64,000 nt of DNA from an uncultured delta proteobacterium (GTDB lineage: Bacteria; Myxococcota; Myxococcia; Myxococcales; Anaeromyxobacteraceae): positions 128,001 through 192,000 of the forward strand of contig CAVYBH010000002.1 in assembly GCA_963766715.1 (NCBI GenBank), read 5' to 3'. The notes beneath the pieces are model-generated. The model made no database searches. It worked only from the letters and a program-made list of their open reading frames with translations, and had not been told where the DNA came from. Positions 1 through 11,648 of this stretch are shown piece after piece. Positions within the stretch are counted from its first letter, which is position 1; every line of letters starts with the position of its first letter. The position numbers and the translations under genes are program-made.

Positions 1-17
1 CGGTCCCATTTGAGGGG

Positions 18-698
18 TCAGGCGGACCCGGGCGAGCCCAAGTGCCCGGTATCACGAGATATCGCTGCCGGGACGTCGCGAGGGTGGCGCCGCCGGAAGC
101 GCTTCAGCCGCACCGCGTCCTCCCGGGAGCGCTCGTCGAGGGTCCCCTCCACCCGGGCCGCCTCGCGCGACAGCCGGGGGACGAGCAACTGCTCGAGGGC
201 GTTGATGCGGCGGGAGGTGTCCCGGATCTCCTCCCCGAGCCGGCGCAGGTGCAGCTCGCGCGAGGCGATGGAGAGCAGCACCTCGAGCGCCTCCTCGTGA
301 CGCCGGGCGGCGTCGAAGGCGGAGAGGGACACGCCGATGGGCGAGCCGCCGCGGGCGGCAGGGCCCCGGGCGAGGCGGGGCGCCTCGACCCGCGGGACGG
401 GCAGTCCCCAGACGCGGCGCAACGTGACCACCACCGGAACCTCCCGGGCGCCGGCCACCGCGAGGGACTCGAGCGCGGCCCGGCCCTCCCGCGCGCGGGC
501 CACCGTGAGGGCGCGCGCCGCGTCGAGCAGCGCCGCGTCCAGGCGCTCCCGGCCCTCCACCACGTCCCGCATCAGGCGGAAGAACTCGCTCGCCAGGACC
601 TCCCGCTTTCCCCGGAGCAGCCGCGCGCCCTTCCCGGCGAGCGCGAGGCGCGCGCGGGCCTCGAGGAGCCCCATCCTCGTGGTGGGCGTCCGGCTCAT
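18..698 (-). CDS. ntpD: V/A-type ATP synthase subunit D
   Basis: C-terminal part of ORF 18..2609. ATG at 698 ([12 protein letters not shown]...LLRGKREVL...EEIRDTSRRINALEQ) carries the subunit D signature and overlaps the subunit B stop. Confidence 0.93.
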   Translation of the reverse strand: MSRTPTTRMGLLEARARLALAGKGARLLRGKREVLASEFFRLMRDVVEGRERLDAALLDAARALTVARAREGRAALESLAVAGAREVPVVVTLRRVWGLPVPRVEAPRLARGPAARGGSPIGVSLSAFDAARRHEEALEVLLSIASRELHLRRLGEEIRDTSRRINALEQLLVPRLSREAARVEGTLDERSREDAVRLKRFRRRHPRDVPAAISRDTGHLGSPGSA

Positions 699-2077
699 CC
701 GGCCTCCTTCGGCCGGTGGCGCTCGACCAGGTCGGGCCGGATGCGGGTGAGCGCCTCGGCGGGGAAGCTGGAAAGCAGCCGCCAGCCGATGGCCAGCGTC
801 TCCTCGAGCGGGCGGAATCCCCCGCCCTGGTTCACGAGCTCCTTCTCGAAGCGATCCGAGAAGTCGAGGAACCGGCGCTCCTCGTCTCCCAGGTTGGCGA
901 TGCCGACGATGGCCGCCATGCGCCGCACGTCCACCCCGCGCGCGTGGAAGGAATAGATCTGGTCGGCCAGCGGGCGGTGGTCGGCCCGGGTGCGCCCCTC
1001 GCCGGCGCCCAGCCCCATGAGGCGGGAGAGGGACGGCAGGACGTCCACCGGCGGGAAGATCCCGCGGCGATCGAGGTCGCGGGAGAGGACGATTTGACCC
1101 TCGGTGATGTAGCCGGTGAGGTCGGGGACGGGGTGGGTGAGGTCGTCGTCCGGCATGGTCACCACCGGGATCTGGGTCACCGATCCGGGCCGGCCGGAGA
1201 GCCGTCCGGCGCGCTCGAAGAGGCTCGCCAGGTCGGTGTAGAGGTAGCCGGGGTAGCCGCGCCGCCCCGGAAGCTCGTCGCGGGCCAGCGCCACCTCCCG
1301 CAGGGCCTCGCAGTAGGCGGTCATGTCGGTGAGGATCACCAGCACGTGCATCCCGTGGGTGAAGGCGAGGTGCTCGGCGCAGGTGAGCGCGCAGCGCGGG
1401 GTGAGGAGCCGCTCGATGGGCGGGTCGTCGGCGCGGTTCAGGAACACCACCGTCCGGTGCAGGGCGTCCGAGTCGGCGAACGAGTCCAGGAACTCCTGGC
1501 ACTCCCGGAACGGCGCGCCGATGGCCGCGAAGACCACCGCGAACGGATCGCCGCCCCGGACCCGGGCGTTGCGGACGATCTGGGCCGCCAGCCGCGACGC
1601 CGGCAGGCCGGCGCACGAGAAGATGGGGAGCTTCTGTCCGCGGACGAGCGTGTTCATCCCGTCGATGGCCGAGATCCCGGTCTCGATGAACTCGGAGGGC
1701 TTGGCGCGGCGGGTGACGTTCATGGGCGCGCCGTTCACCGGGAGCAGCGCCTCCGGGATCGGCGCCGGGAGGCCGTCGGCAGGGCGGCCCGTCCCGTCGA
1801 AGGTGCGTCCGAGCATGGCGCGGGCCACCGGCAGGCTGGCCACCTCGCCGGAGAGGATCACCTCCGTGCGGTCGGGGGCGATGCCGCGCGTCTCCTCGAG
1901 CACCTGGATGGCGGCGAGCTCCTCCGAGACCTCGATCACCTGGCCGCGCCGCTCCTCGTCCCCGGAGCGGATGCGGACGATCTCCCCCAGCCGCGCGCGG
2001 CGGGCGCCGCGCACGAAGAGGAGCGGCCCGCGCAGCGCGCTGGCCGTGCGAAGGCGGCGGGTGACGAGGTCGGTCAT
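695..2077 (-). CDS. ntpB: V/A-type ATP synthase subunit B
   Basis: MTDLVTRR start at 2077. Motifs [37 protein letters not shown] and [15 protein letters not shown]. Confidence 0.96.
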   Translation of the reverse strand: MTDLVTRRLRTASALRGPLLFVRGARRARLGEIVRIRSGDEERRGQVIEVSEELAAIQVLEETRGIAPDRTEVILSGEVASLPVARAMLGRTFDGTGRPADGLPAPIPEALLPVNGAPMNVTRRAKPSEFIETGISAIDGMNTLVRGQKLPIFSCAGLPASRLAAQIVRNARVRGGDPFAVVFAAIGAPFRECQEFLDSFADSDALHRTVVFLNRADDPPIERLLTPRCALTCAEHLAFTHGMHVLVILTDMTAYCEALREVALARDELPGRRGYPGYLYTDLASLFERAGRLSGRPGSVTQIPVVTMPDDDLTHPVPDLTGYITEGQIVLSRDLDRRGIFPPVDVLPSLSRLMGLGAGEGRTRADHRPLADQIYSFHARGVDVRRMAAIVGIANLGDEERRFLDFSDRFEKELVNQGGGFRPLEETLAIGWRLLSSFPAEALTRIRPDLVERHRPKEAG

Positions 2078-3828
2078 GCCGGGGGCTCCAGCGAGAGCAG
2101 GAGGGCGTCGAGGGCGGCGGTGGCGGCCTCGGCAGCCGCCGGGGCGTCCGCCGGCGTGGCCTCGGCGAGCCGGAGCAGGCGCCCCTCGTTGGCGGCGCCC
2201 AGCAGGGAGGCCAGCGGGATGCCGCGCGCCACGGCCTCCGCCGCCCGCCGGTGGAAGTGGAGGAAGGCGCGGAGCATGGCGAGCGTCTTCCCGGGCGGGG
2301 ACGAGGCGTCGGCGGGGAGCAGCGCGCTCTGCCGGAGGAACCCCTCCCGCAGCAGCCGGGCCGACTCGAGCACCACGCGCTCGGCGTCCTGGAGCGCCTC
2401 GATGCCGACCAGCTGCGCGATCTCCTGCAGCTCCCGCTCCCGCTGGAGCAGGCGCATCGCCTCGTCGCGCAGCGGCAGCCACTCCGGGCCGGCCTCGCGC
2501 GCGAACCACTCCTCCAGGCGAGGCGCGTCCAGGCTGTAGGAGAGGGACCAGTCGACCGCCGGGAAGTGGCGCCGGTGGGCGAGGTCCGGGGAGAGCGCCC
2601 AGAGCGCACCGCTGGCGCGAAGCGAGGCCTGCGTGACCGGCTCGGAGAAGTCGCCGCCCGGCGGCGAGACCGCGCCCACCACCGTGACCGCGCCCTCGCC
2701 GTCGCCGGAGAGCGGAACCACCCGGCCGGCGCGCTCGTAGAACTGGGCCGCGCGGGACGCGAGCGAGGTCGGGTACCCCTCCTCGCCGGGCATCTCCTCG
2801 AGGCGCGACGAGATCTCCCGGAGCGCCTCGGCCCAGCGGGAGGTCGAGTCGATCATGAGCGCGACCCGGAGCGACTGGTCGCGGAAGTACTCGGCCAGCG
2901 TGGCGCCGAAGTAGATCGAGGCCTCGCGCGCCGCCACCGGCATGTTGGAGGTGTTCACCACGAGCACCGTCCGGGAGAGGAGCGGGGCGCCGGTGTGCGG
3001 GTCGGTCAGGCGGGGGAACTCGTCGAGGACCTCGGCCATCTCGTTGCCGCGCTCGCCGCAGCCGACGTAGACGATGACGTCGGCGGCCCCGTGCCGGGCC
3101 AGGCTCTGCTCCAGCACGGTCTTCCCGGTGCCGAAGCCGCCCGGCACGATGGCGGTGCCGCCGCTCGCCACCGGGAAGAAGCAATCGAGGACCCGCTGGC
3201 CGGTCAGGAACGGGACGTCCGGGCGGAGCCGTCGGGCGACCGGGCGGGCGCGCCGCACCGGCCACCGGTGCATCATCGAGAGCGACGCACCGCCGTCGAG
3301 GAGGACCACGGGGTCCTCCACGCGGACGTGACCTTCCTGGACGGACGCGACGCGGCCGCCGGAGCCCGGCGGCGCCAGGATCTTCTCCGGCCGCGACGCC
3401 GGGGCGTCGAGCGGCACCGCCGTGCCGATCACCATCCCGCCCCGGAGCTCCTCGCCGACGCGCAGGGACGGGCGGAACTCCCAGAGGCGCTTCCGGTCGA
3501 GGGCCGGGAGGCTGGCGCCGCGCCGGAGCCAGTCTCCCTCGAGGGCGGCGAGAGGCGAGAGCGGGCGCTGGACCCCGTCGAAGACCATGCCCAGCAGGCC
3601 CGGTCCCAGCTCGGCGGCGAGCGGCCCGCCGGTCGCCTCGGCCGGCTCCCCGGGGCGCAGCCCGTCGGTGTCCTCGTAGACCTGGACGGTGGCGACGTCC
3701 CCGTCGATCCGGACCACCTCGCCGAGCAGGTGCTCCTCTCCCACCCGGACGATCTCGTTCATCCCCACGCCCGGGAGCCCCCGGATCGAGGCGGTGGGCC
3801 CCGCGATGCGGACGAGCCGTCCGGTCAT
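2074..3828 (-). CDS. ntpA: V/A-type ATP synthase catalytic subunit A
   Basis: Walker [41 protein letters not shown]. Intact 584-aa ORF. Confidence 0.97.
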   Translation of the reverse strand: MTGRLVRIAGPTASIRGLPGVGMNEIVRVGEEHLLGEVVRIDGDVATVQVYEDTDGLRPGEPAEATGGPLAAELGPGLLGMVFDGVQRPLSPLAALEGDWLRRGASLPALDRKRLWEFRPSLRVGEELRGGMVIGTAVPLDAPASRPEKILAPPGSGGRVASVQEGHVRVEDPVVLLDGGASLSMMHRWPVRRARPVARRLRPDVPFLTGQRVLDCFFPVASGGTAIVPGGFGTGKTVLEQSLARHGAADVIVYVGCGERGNEMAEVLDEFPRLTDPHTGAPLLSRTVLVVNTSNMPVAAREASIYFGATLAEYFRDQSLRVALMIDSTSRWAEALREISSRLEEMPGEEGYPTSLASRAAQFYERAGRVVPLSGDGEGAVTVVGAVSPPGGDFSEPVTQASLRASGALWALSPDLAHRRHFPAVDWSLSYSLDAPRLEEWFAREAGPEWLPLRDEAMRLLQRERELQEIAQLVGIEALQDAERVVLESARLLREGFLRQSALLPADASSPPGKTLAMLRAFLHFHRRAAEAVARGIPLASLLGAANEGRLLRLAEATPADAPAAAEAATAALDALLLSLEPPA

Positions 3829-4166
3829 CGACGCTCCTCCAGCTTCACGTGGTAGCCGATGGCCCGGCGGATGAGCGCCGCGACGTAGGCCGTCCCGGCC
3901 CCGGCTCCGGCCGCGCGGGGCAGGGTGAACGGGAGGACCACGGGCAGGGCGCGCGCCGACGCCTGGCGCAGGAGCGTCTCGGGCACGGCCTCGACGACCC
4001 GGGTCTCGATGGCGAGGACCGCGAGCGACGGATCCGCCACGAGGGCCCGGAAGCGGGACTGCTCCTCGCCCGGGGCGACCTCGTCGACCGGGACGCCGGC
4101 GAGCCGGAAGCCCGCGCCGTCGCCGGGGCGGGTCACCACGCGCAGTCCTCGGGTGGCGACGGTCAC
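3825..4166 (-). CDS. ntpF: V/A-type ATP synthase subunit F
   Basis: GTG at 4166. GFRLAGV motif and C-terminal LIRRAIG; position between C and A. Confidence 0.88.
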   Translation of the reverse strand: MTVATRGLRVVTRPGDGAGFRLAGVPVDEVAPGEEQSRFRALVADPSLAVLAIETRVVEAVPETLLRQASARALPVVLPFTLPRAAGAGAGTAYVAALIRRAIGYHVKLEERR

Positions 4167-4167
4167 G

Positions 4168-5200
4168 TCACGCCTCCAGGAGATCGAGAAGGGTCGTGGG
4201 AGGGAAGCCCTCGGAGGTGGCGCGAAGGGCGAGCCGGACCCGCCGCAGCTCCTCGCCCACCTCGACGAGCCAGGCGCAGGGGACCGCCACGGTGAGCGGA
4301 TCGCGGCGGGCGGCGCGCCGCGAGAAGTCGGCGAGGGCACGTCCCAGGAGGTGGTCGGAGAGGGAGGGGCTCGCGAGCGCGGCCGTGGCCCGGGCCGGAT
4401 CCCCCAGGAGATCCCCGAGCACGGCGGCCAGCGCGGCCGGGACCTCCGCCGCGGGGAGCCGGGAGATGCGGGCGATCGCGTCGCGGATCCAGCCGGTCCC
4501 CGCCCTCCACCGGGAAGGCGTCCCGGGCGGGCTCCGATGCCAGCGCGAGCAGGGAGGACGCGGCCGAGAGGTCGGCGCGTGCGGCGGCCAGCGCGCGCAG
4601 GGCGCGGCGGTCCGCTCCCGCTCCCCGGGCGGCCCGCCGGAGCCCCGTCCAGGCGGCCCGGTCGAGCGCGACCTCGACGGCCGCGAGCGCCGCCGGCTTG
4701 CGGAGGTCCGACGCCGTCCGGAGCGCCTCGGCGAAGGGGGAGCCCCAGGCGGCGAGCCGCTCGGCGGCGGCGGCGCCGTCCGGACAGGAGGCGATGGCGA
4801 CGAGCCGCTCCCGCCCCAGCGCGGGCGTCGGGCCGAGCAGGAGGCTCCCGCGCTCCGGGGCGAGCGCGCCGGCCACGCACCGCAGGGCGCCTCGCAGCGC
4901 GCGGGCGTCGTCGGGCAGGAGGAAGGCCTCCACCAGCCGTCGCGCGGCGGGATCGAGGTCGGCGAGCACCGCCCGCGCCTCCCCCTGCGCGCGCGCCTCG
5001 AGGGCCGCCTCGGCCTCCTCGATCGTGGAGGCCTCCGAGGCCGGGGCCCAGAGCGTGGATCGGAGCGCCGCCAGCCGCTCGCCCGCGGTCGATCGCGTGA
5101 CGAGATCGCGGAGCCCCGCCGACGAGAGGAGGCCGGAGCGGGCCGCGCCGAGCCGCGCCAGCGCGAAGTCCCGCCCCGATGGGAAGTGAACCCTACGCAT
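4168..5200 (-). CDS. ntpC: V/A-type ATP synthase subunit C (d/AC39 family), one frameshift near 4487
   Basis: N-part in ORF 4163..5200 (DFALARLGAARSGLL), C-part in the frame ending at 4168 (DPLTVAVPCAWL...ELRRVRLAL). Operon position between E and F. Confidence 0.8.
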
Positions 5201-5783
5201 CGCCTTCTCCCAGGAGCAGCCGGCCGACCGGGATCTGGAGCGCGGGCCAGGCGCGCGCGAGCCGGGCCGGGAGCGTGTCGTCGACGACGAGCGCGTCGCC
5301 GACGGCGAGCACGACGCCTCCGCACGGACCCGGCCGCTCCGTCACCGACGTCCGCGGCGCCGCGTCGGGGCGATGGCGCGCCATCCAGTCCCGGCAGGCC
5401 CCGGCGTGCCCCGGATCGCAGGTGAGCGAGAGCGGCCCCCCGTCGTCGTCCGCGAGCACCTCCTCGAGCGTCGCGCAGGTGAGCGCGGGCGTGGACCGGG
5501 CCGCGAGCGCCCGCTGCGAGCGCTCCAGGACGTCGTCGAGCAGGCGGTGCGCCTCGACGAGGGCGGCGCGATCCCCCTCCTGCGAGGCCCTTCGCCGCGC
5601 CTTCTCGCGCATCGCCTCCGCCTTCGCCGCGGCGCGCGCCAGGGCCTCCTCCCGGGCCGCCGCCGAGAGGCGGCGCCCCTCCTCCGAGATGCGCACGGCC
5701 TCGAGGCGCGCCTCCTCCTCCACCGCGCGGCACTGGTCGCGCACCTCGTGCTCGAGCGCACGGAGGAGGTCACCGTAGGCCAC
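5193..5783 (-). CDS. ntpE: V/A-type ATP synthase subunit E
   Basis: Ala/Glu/Arg-rich coiled-coil N-terminus followed by GGVVL...VDDTLPARL. Operon position. Confidence 0.82.
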   Translation of the reverse strand: MAYGDLLRALEHEVRDQCRAVEEEARLEAVRISEEGRRLSAAAREEALARAAAKAEAMREKARRRASQEGDRAALVEAHRLLDDVLERSQRALAARSTPALTCATLEEVLADDDGGPLSLTCDPGHAGACRDWMARHRPDAAPRTSVTERPGPCGGVVLAVGDALVVDDTLPARLARAWPALQIPVGRLLLGEGDA

Positions 5784-5786
5784 GGC

Positions 5787-6005
5787 TCACTTGCCGCCGG
5801 TGAGGATGAGGACCGCCACCACGAATCCGAGGATGACGAGCGTCTCGGGGATGGCGAGCATCACGATGATGGCGCCCCGGAGCTCGGGCTTCTCGGCCAG
5901 CGCCCCGGCGCCCGCCGCGCCGATGCGGGACTGGACCCAGGCGGTGGCCACGGCGGCGACGCCGACGGAGAGGGCGGCTGCGAGCGCGAGGTAGACATGT
6001 TCCAT
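5787..6005 (-). CDS. ntpK: V/A-type ATP synthase proteolipid subunit K (c), single hairpin
   Basis: 72 aa with two hydrophobic helices; QSRIGAAGAGALAE and IPETLVILG with the carrier Glu. Confidence 0.95.
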   Translation of the reverse strand: MEHVYLALAAALSVGVAAVATAWVQSRIGAAGAGALAEKPELRGAIIVMLAIPETLVILGFVVAVLILTGGK

Positions 6006-6021
6006 GATTCCTCCCGGTGAA

Positions 6022-7901
6022 TCAGGTGGGCGGGGCGAAGGGGCGATAGGGCAGTCCGCCCCCCTCGTAGAACTTCTCGAAGAACTCCACGTAGTGGAGG
6101 CGGAGCGAGGCGATGAGCGGGCTCATGATGCCGAGCGTGAAGTTGACGGTGTGGAGCAGGAGGGCGAGGACGATGCCGAGGGCGGCCGGGTGGACCGCGG
6201 TGGCCAGGTGGTTCGCCACGTCGGCGAGCATGACGGACGCGATCCCGAGCGCCATCAGGCGCGCGTAGCTGAGGACGTTGCCGAGCGAGAGCACGACCTC
6301 GAGCAGCGCCATGGGTCCGCCGGCGAGCGAGAGGAGCACGCCGCCTCCCGCCACGCAGAGCCCGGGCAGCAGCGCGCCCCGGGGAAGCACGCCCGCCACC
6401 GCCGCGCCGGCCACCGCCGCGCCGGCGAGGAGGAGCAGGCGCCCCACCCGCTCGATGCCCTCCCGCACGTGCCCGTGGCGGAGGGAGTGCAGCGCGCCGA
6501 TGGCGGTTCCCAGGGCGACGTGCACGAGCCCGACGCCGACGGCGAGCGCCAGGAACGACAGGAGGGCGGAGCGCCGGTGGAGGAGGATCGGGTGCATCCC
6601 CAGCCGGGCGCCCAGGTCGCCCAGGGCCTCCCCGAAGAGGATGCCGAAGAGGAAGGCCGATCGCCGAGCAGGCGAGCGCGATGAAGGCCGTGTCGCGACC
6701 GGCGGCGCCGCCCCAGCGGAACCGGAGCGCCGCGAGCGAGACGCAGATGCCCAGCACGCCGAAGCCCGCGTCGCCCAGCACGAGCCCGAAGAAGAGCGGG
6801 AAGAAGACGGCCAGCCACGGCGTCGGATCGATGGATCCGTAGCGCGGCGGCGGAACGAGGGCGAGCAGCCGCTCGAAGGGGCGGAGGAACGGCGGATTCC
6901 GGAGCACCACCGGCACGTCGTCGCCGTCCTCCGGGCCTGGCGGGTGCGCCAGCGAGACCACCCGCCCGGAGAAGCGGTCGGCGAGCGCCGAATCGATGGC
7001 CAGGACGCCCTCGCGGGGCATCCAGCCCGTCACCACGAAGGCGTGCCGGGTCTCCCCGCAGCGCGCCAGGGCCCCCAGCCGGGCGAGCCGGGTGCGCCCC
7101 TCGGCGGCGGCGCGGCGCAGGGCCGGGGCGACGCGGGCGGCGAAGGCCGCGAGCGCCTCCTCGGCCGAGCGGATCTGCGCGGGGATCTCCCGCTCCCGCT
7201 GCAGGAGCAGCTGGAGGGCGCGGACGAGCGGCTGCCCGGCGTAGCGGGAGGGCAGCCGGATCTCCTCCACCCCCCGCTCGAAGAGGAGCGCCGACACGGC
7301 CCGGGCGTGCTCCCGCGGGATCGAGACCAGGACCGCCAGCTGATCCGCCCCGGCCGGCCGGGACTGGACCGAGCAGTTCCCGTCCGTCAGCCGCCGGAGC
7401 TCCTCGCCGAGGAGGGCGAGGGCGTGCGGATCGTGGCGCATCACGAGGCCGACCGGGTGCGGCTCCCCGGGGCCGGGGAGGGCCGGGCGCAGCGGCGCCA
7501 GCTCGACGAGCAGGCGCCCGTACCGCTCCGAGATCTGCCGCTCCTCGCGGAGCGCCGCGGCGCGCGCCTCGAGGTCGACCCGCTCCGCGTCGAGCGCCTT
7601 CACCCGGGGCAGGAACTCCGCGGCTCTCGACGTCGGGCAGCGGCTCGGGCTCGGCGCGGCCGGTCGCCGGCAGCGCGGCGAGCAGCCGGAGGCAGGCGTC
7701 GAGCGCCGTGGTCAGCGCGTCCTCCGACGCGTGCTCGCCCTCGCGGAGCGGGACGAGCCGGAGCCCGGGGCGGGGCGAGCCGGCCTCGAGGTGCGCGGGC
7801 GTGCGCAGGTCGAGGACCCCGCGCGCCTGCAGGAACTCGAGCACGCCCGGCAGGAGGCGGCGCGGCCCCAGGACCTGCAGCTTGGCCATGGGGAGGATCA
7901 A
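6022..7901 (-). CDS. ntpI: V/A-type ATP synthase subunit I (a), frameshifts near 7612 and 6660
   Basis: Three consecutive frames: MILPMAKLQV..., PPRYGSIDPTPWLAVFFPLFFGLVLGDAG, and NVLSYARLMAL...RLHYVEFFEKFY. Confidence 0.92.
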
Positions 7902-8236
7902 GGAGCCTCCCCGAGGACGGCGCGGAGGACGAGCTCGACGGCGCGGTCGAGCCGCGGCAGGGCCCGGCCGCGGACCTCGCTCGCTCGCGCCTCGGCGCGC
8001 GTCCTCGCCTCGGCGTCGATCCGGGAGACCTCTTGCGCGGCGGCCTCGAGCAGGCCGGCGACCTCGGCCTCGAGCGCGAGCCGGGCGGCGGCCGCCTCGG
8101 CCTCGGCGGCGGCGCGCGCCTTCGCGACGGTGCGCCCTGCGGCGCTCCGCGCCTCCTCGAGGGTCTTCTCGAGCGCGACGTCGTCGGCTTCCAGCCGGTC
8201 GAGCGCCTCGCTCTCGCCACTCGTACGCTTCGCCAC
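7898..8236 (-). CDS. V/A-type ATP synthase subunit G (H), peripheral stalk
   Basis: GTG at 8236 after a GGGAGGG RBS. About 112 aa of Ala/Glu-rich coiled coil; first gene of the operon, stop overlaps the subunit I start. Confidence 0.72.
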   Translation of the reverse strand: MAKRTSGESEALDRLEADDVALEKTLEEARSAAGRTVAKARAAAEAEAAAARLALEAEVAGLLEAAAQEVSRIDAEARTRAEARASEVRGRALPRLDRAVELVLRAVLGEAP

Positions 8237-8430
8237 CGAGAATCCCTCCCGGCGAACGGGGATGCCCACGGCCGCGTGGCCATCCCAGGTGTCCTACCTC
8301 TTGATTCTCCCTCCGATCGCCGCACCGCGTCGCGCGGCGAAAGGGGGCGCGCCGGCGGCCCGCGCGGGTTCACCCCCCTGCGCGTTGACATGGAGCGAAC
8401 CGGGCGACAAAGAAGGCGCCGGAGGTGTGC

Positions 8431-9407
8431 ATGGTGAAGGCGATCCGGATTCACGAGATTGGCGGTCCCGAGGTCCTGCGCTTCGAGGACGTGAAGCTCC
8501 CCGAGCCCGGCCCCGGGCAGGCGCGGGTGCGCCACACCGCCATCGGGGTGAACTTCATCGACACCTACCACCGGACCGGCCTCTACAAGCTGCCCCTCCC
8601 GAGCGGGATCGGAGTGGAGGCCGCCGGCGTCGTCGAGGCGGTTGGACCGGGCGTGACGCACGCGAAGCCCGGCGACCGGGTCGCCTACGTGTCCCGACCC
8701 CCGGGAGCCTACGCCGAGGCCGCCATCGTGCCGGCCGACCGCCTGGTCCTCGTCCCGGACGGCGTGTCGGACGAGGTCGCTGCCGCCGCCATGCTGAAGG
8801 GCATGACGGTCTGGATGCTGGTCCGGCGGATCCACGCCGTGAAGCCCGGGGAGACCGTGCTCTTCCACGCGGCCGCCGGCGGGGTGGGGCTCATCGCCAT
8901 GCAGTGGCTGCGCGCCCTCGGGGCCCGAACGATCGCCACGGTGGGCAGCGACCCGAAGGGGAAGCTGGCGCTGGCTCGGCGGGGGCGAGCGAGGTCATCG
9001 TCTACACCCGGGAGGATTTCGCGAAGCGGGTCCGGGAGCTGACCGGGGGCGCCGGCGTCCCGGTCGTCTACGACTCGGTGGGAAGGAGCACCTTCGAGGG
9101 ATCCCTCGAGTGCCTGTCGCCGCTGGGGCTCATGGTGAGCTACGGCAACGCCTCCGGCGCGGTTCCGCCGTTCGACATCTCCCAGCTGGCGGCCAAGGGA
9201 TCGCTCTTCCTGACCCGCCCCACGCTCTTCAGCTACACGGCCCGGCGGGAAGACCTGGAGGAAGGAGCCCGGGAGCTGTTCACCGTGATCCGATCCGGCC
9301 AGGTCCGCATCGAGGTGCAGCACCGCTGGCCGCTCGCCCAGGCCGCCGACGCCCACCGGGCGCTCGAGGGGCGCGAGACCACCGGGTCAATCGTCCTCGT
9401 CCCGTAG
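8431..9407 (+). CDS. qor: NADPH:quinone oxidoreductase (MDR family), frameshift near 8980
   Basis: GVNFIDTYHRTGLY, HAAAGGVG, VVYDSVG, GSLFLTRPTL, TTGSIVL. GGAGG RBS. Confidence 0.92.
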
Positions 9408-9419
9408 GCAAGGAGCACC

Positions 9420-11575
9420 ATGAACCTGACCGCGTCCGTCCTCGTCGCCGTCCTCGCCGGCCAGATGCCCCCGGCCCCGCAGCCGCCCCGCGCCCCGCGC
9501 CGGCCCGTCGTCGAGACCCACCACGGCGTGGAGGTCCAGGATCCGTACCGGTGGCTGGAGGACTCCCAGTCACCCGAGGTGAAGGCCTGGAGCGAGGCCC
9601 AGGCGGCCGCCGCCCGGACCTGGCTCGACGCGCTGCCGGCGCCGGGGAGATCCGGGCGCAGGTGAAGGACCTCGTGCTGGCGCGATCGCCGACGTGGTTC
9701 GACGTGACCGAGCGGCCCGGCGGCCTCTTCGCGAGGAAGAGCGACCCCGCCAAGCAGCAGCCGGTCCTGGTCTGGATGCGCTCGCTCGTCGACCCGGCCG
9801 CCGAGCGGGTCCTGCTCGATCCGACGGTCGTCGATCCCACCGGATCGACCGCGATCGACTGGTACGTCCCGTCGCTCGACGGACGGAAGATCGCGATCTC
9901 CCTGTCGAAGGGAGGAACCGAGATCGGGGACGCGCAGATCTTCGACGTCGCGTCGATGAAGCCCATCGATCCGCCCATCCGGCACGTCCACGGCGGAACG
10001 GCCGGCGGCTCGATCGCCTGGAACGGGGAAGGCACGGGCTTCTGGTACACGCGCTATCCGAGGGAGGGAGAGCGCCCCGCGGCCGACCTGCCCTTCTACC
10101 AGCAGGTCTGGTTCCACGAGCTGGGCAAGCCCGAGTCGGCCGACCGCAAGGAGCTCGCCGACGAGCTGCCCCGGATCGCCGAGGTGGAGCTCCACACCAA
10201 GCGGGACGGCAAGTGGGTGCTGGCGCGCGTGAAGAACGGGGACGGCGGCGAGGTGGAGCTGTGGCTGCGCCCCACCGGCAAGGGGGCGTGGAAGCGCCTG
10301 TCCCGTTTCGCCGACCTGGCCGTGAGGGGCGAGTTCGGCGACGGCCCCGAGCTCTTCGTGCTGTCGCGCAAGGGGGCCCCCCACGGCCGGATCCTGCGCC
10401 TCGCCCTGCCGCCCCAGGGCGCCGAGCCGATCGCGGCCGCGCGCGAGGTGGTCCCGCAGGGAACCGACACCATCGAGGCGATCGTGGCGACGCGCGACCG
10501 GCTCTACCTCCAGGACATGGCTGGCGGGCCATCGCGCCTGCGCATGGTCTCCACGAGCGGGAAGCCGCTCGGCGAGGTGCGGATCCTTCCCGTCTCCTCG
10601 GTCGGGCAGGTGGTGGCCGTCCCGGGCCGCGGCGTCCTCTACCAGAACGAGAGCTGGGTGGACCCGGTGGCCTGGTACGCCTTCGACCCCGCCACCGGCC
10701 AGGTGACGAAGACGCGCCTCGCGGCCCGATCGCCCGTCGATCTCGCCGGGGCGGAGGCCGTGCGCGGCATGGCCACGTCCAGGGACGGGACGCGGGTGCC
10801 GGTGGACGTGGTCCGGATGAAGGGGACGAAGCTCGACGGCGATCGCCCCACGATCCTCTACGGCTACGGAGGGTACGGAATCAACGAGCGCCCCTTCTTC
10901 AGCTCCCTGCGCGCGCTGTGGATCCTGAACGGCGGGGTGTACGCCAACGCGGTCCTCCGCGGGGGCGGGGAGTTCGGCGAGGAGTGGCACCTGGCCGGCA
11001 ACCTCACCCGCAAGCAGAACGTCTTCGACGACTTCATCGCGGCGGCCCAGTGGCTGGTGAAGGAGGGCTACACCCGGCCGGAGCGGCTGGCGATCCTGGG
11101 CGGCTCCAACGGTGGACTGCTCGTGAACGCCGTGGTGACCCAGCGCCCGGACCTCTGCCGCGCCGCGGCCAGCCTGGTCGGCATCTCCGACATGATCCGG
11201 GTCGAGACCACGCCCAACGGCGCCTTCAACGTCACCGAGTTCGGCACCGTGAAGGACCCCGATCAGTTCCGGGCGCTGTACGCCTACTCGCCCTACCACC
11301 ACGTGGTCGACGGGACGAAGTACCCGGCCGTCCTCCTCACCGCGGGAGAAGGGGACCCCCGCGTCGACTCGTGGCACGCGAAGAAGCTGGCGGCCCGGCT
11401 CCAGGAGGCCACCGCCTCCGGCCTGCCCGTCGTCCTGCGCCTCTCCGGCTGGGGGCACGGCATCGGGACCTCGCGCGACCAGGCCATCGCCGAGGCGGCC
11501 AATCTCTGGACGTTCTTCTTCGCCGAGCTGGGCGTCCCCTTCCGGCCGATCGCGATCACCGCGACGGCGGGGTGA
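9420..11575 (+). CDS. Prolyl oligopeptidase (S9A) with signal peptide, frameshift near 9645
   Basis: [26 protein letters not shown], catalytic GGSNGG, DPRV and GH motifs. Confidence 0.93.
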
Positions 11576-11648
11576 CGCCCGCAGGGTCCCCCGGAAGCCC
11601 CCCGGGCGCTTCCTCGACCGGGTCCGGGCCGGGGGGTATCGTCCGGCC

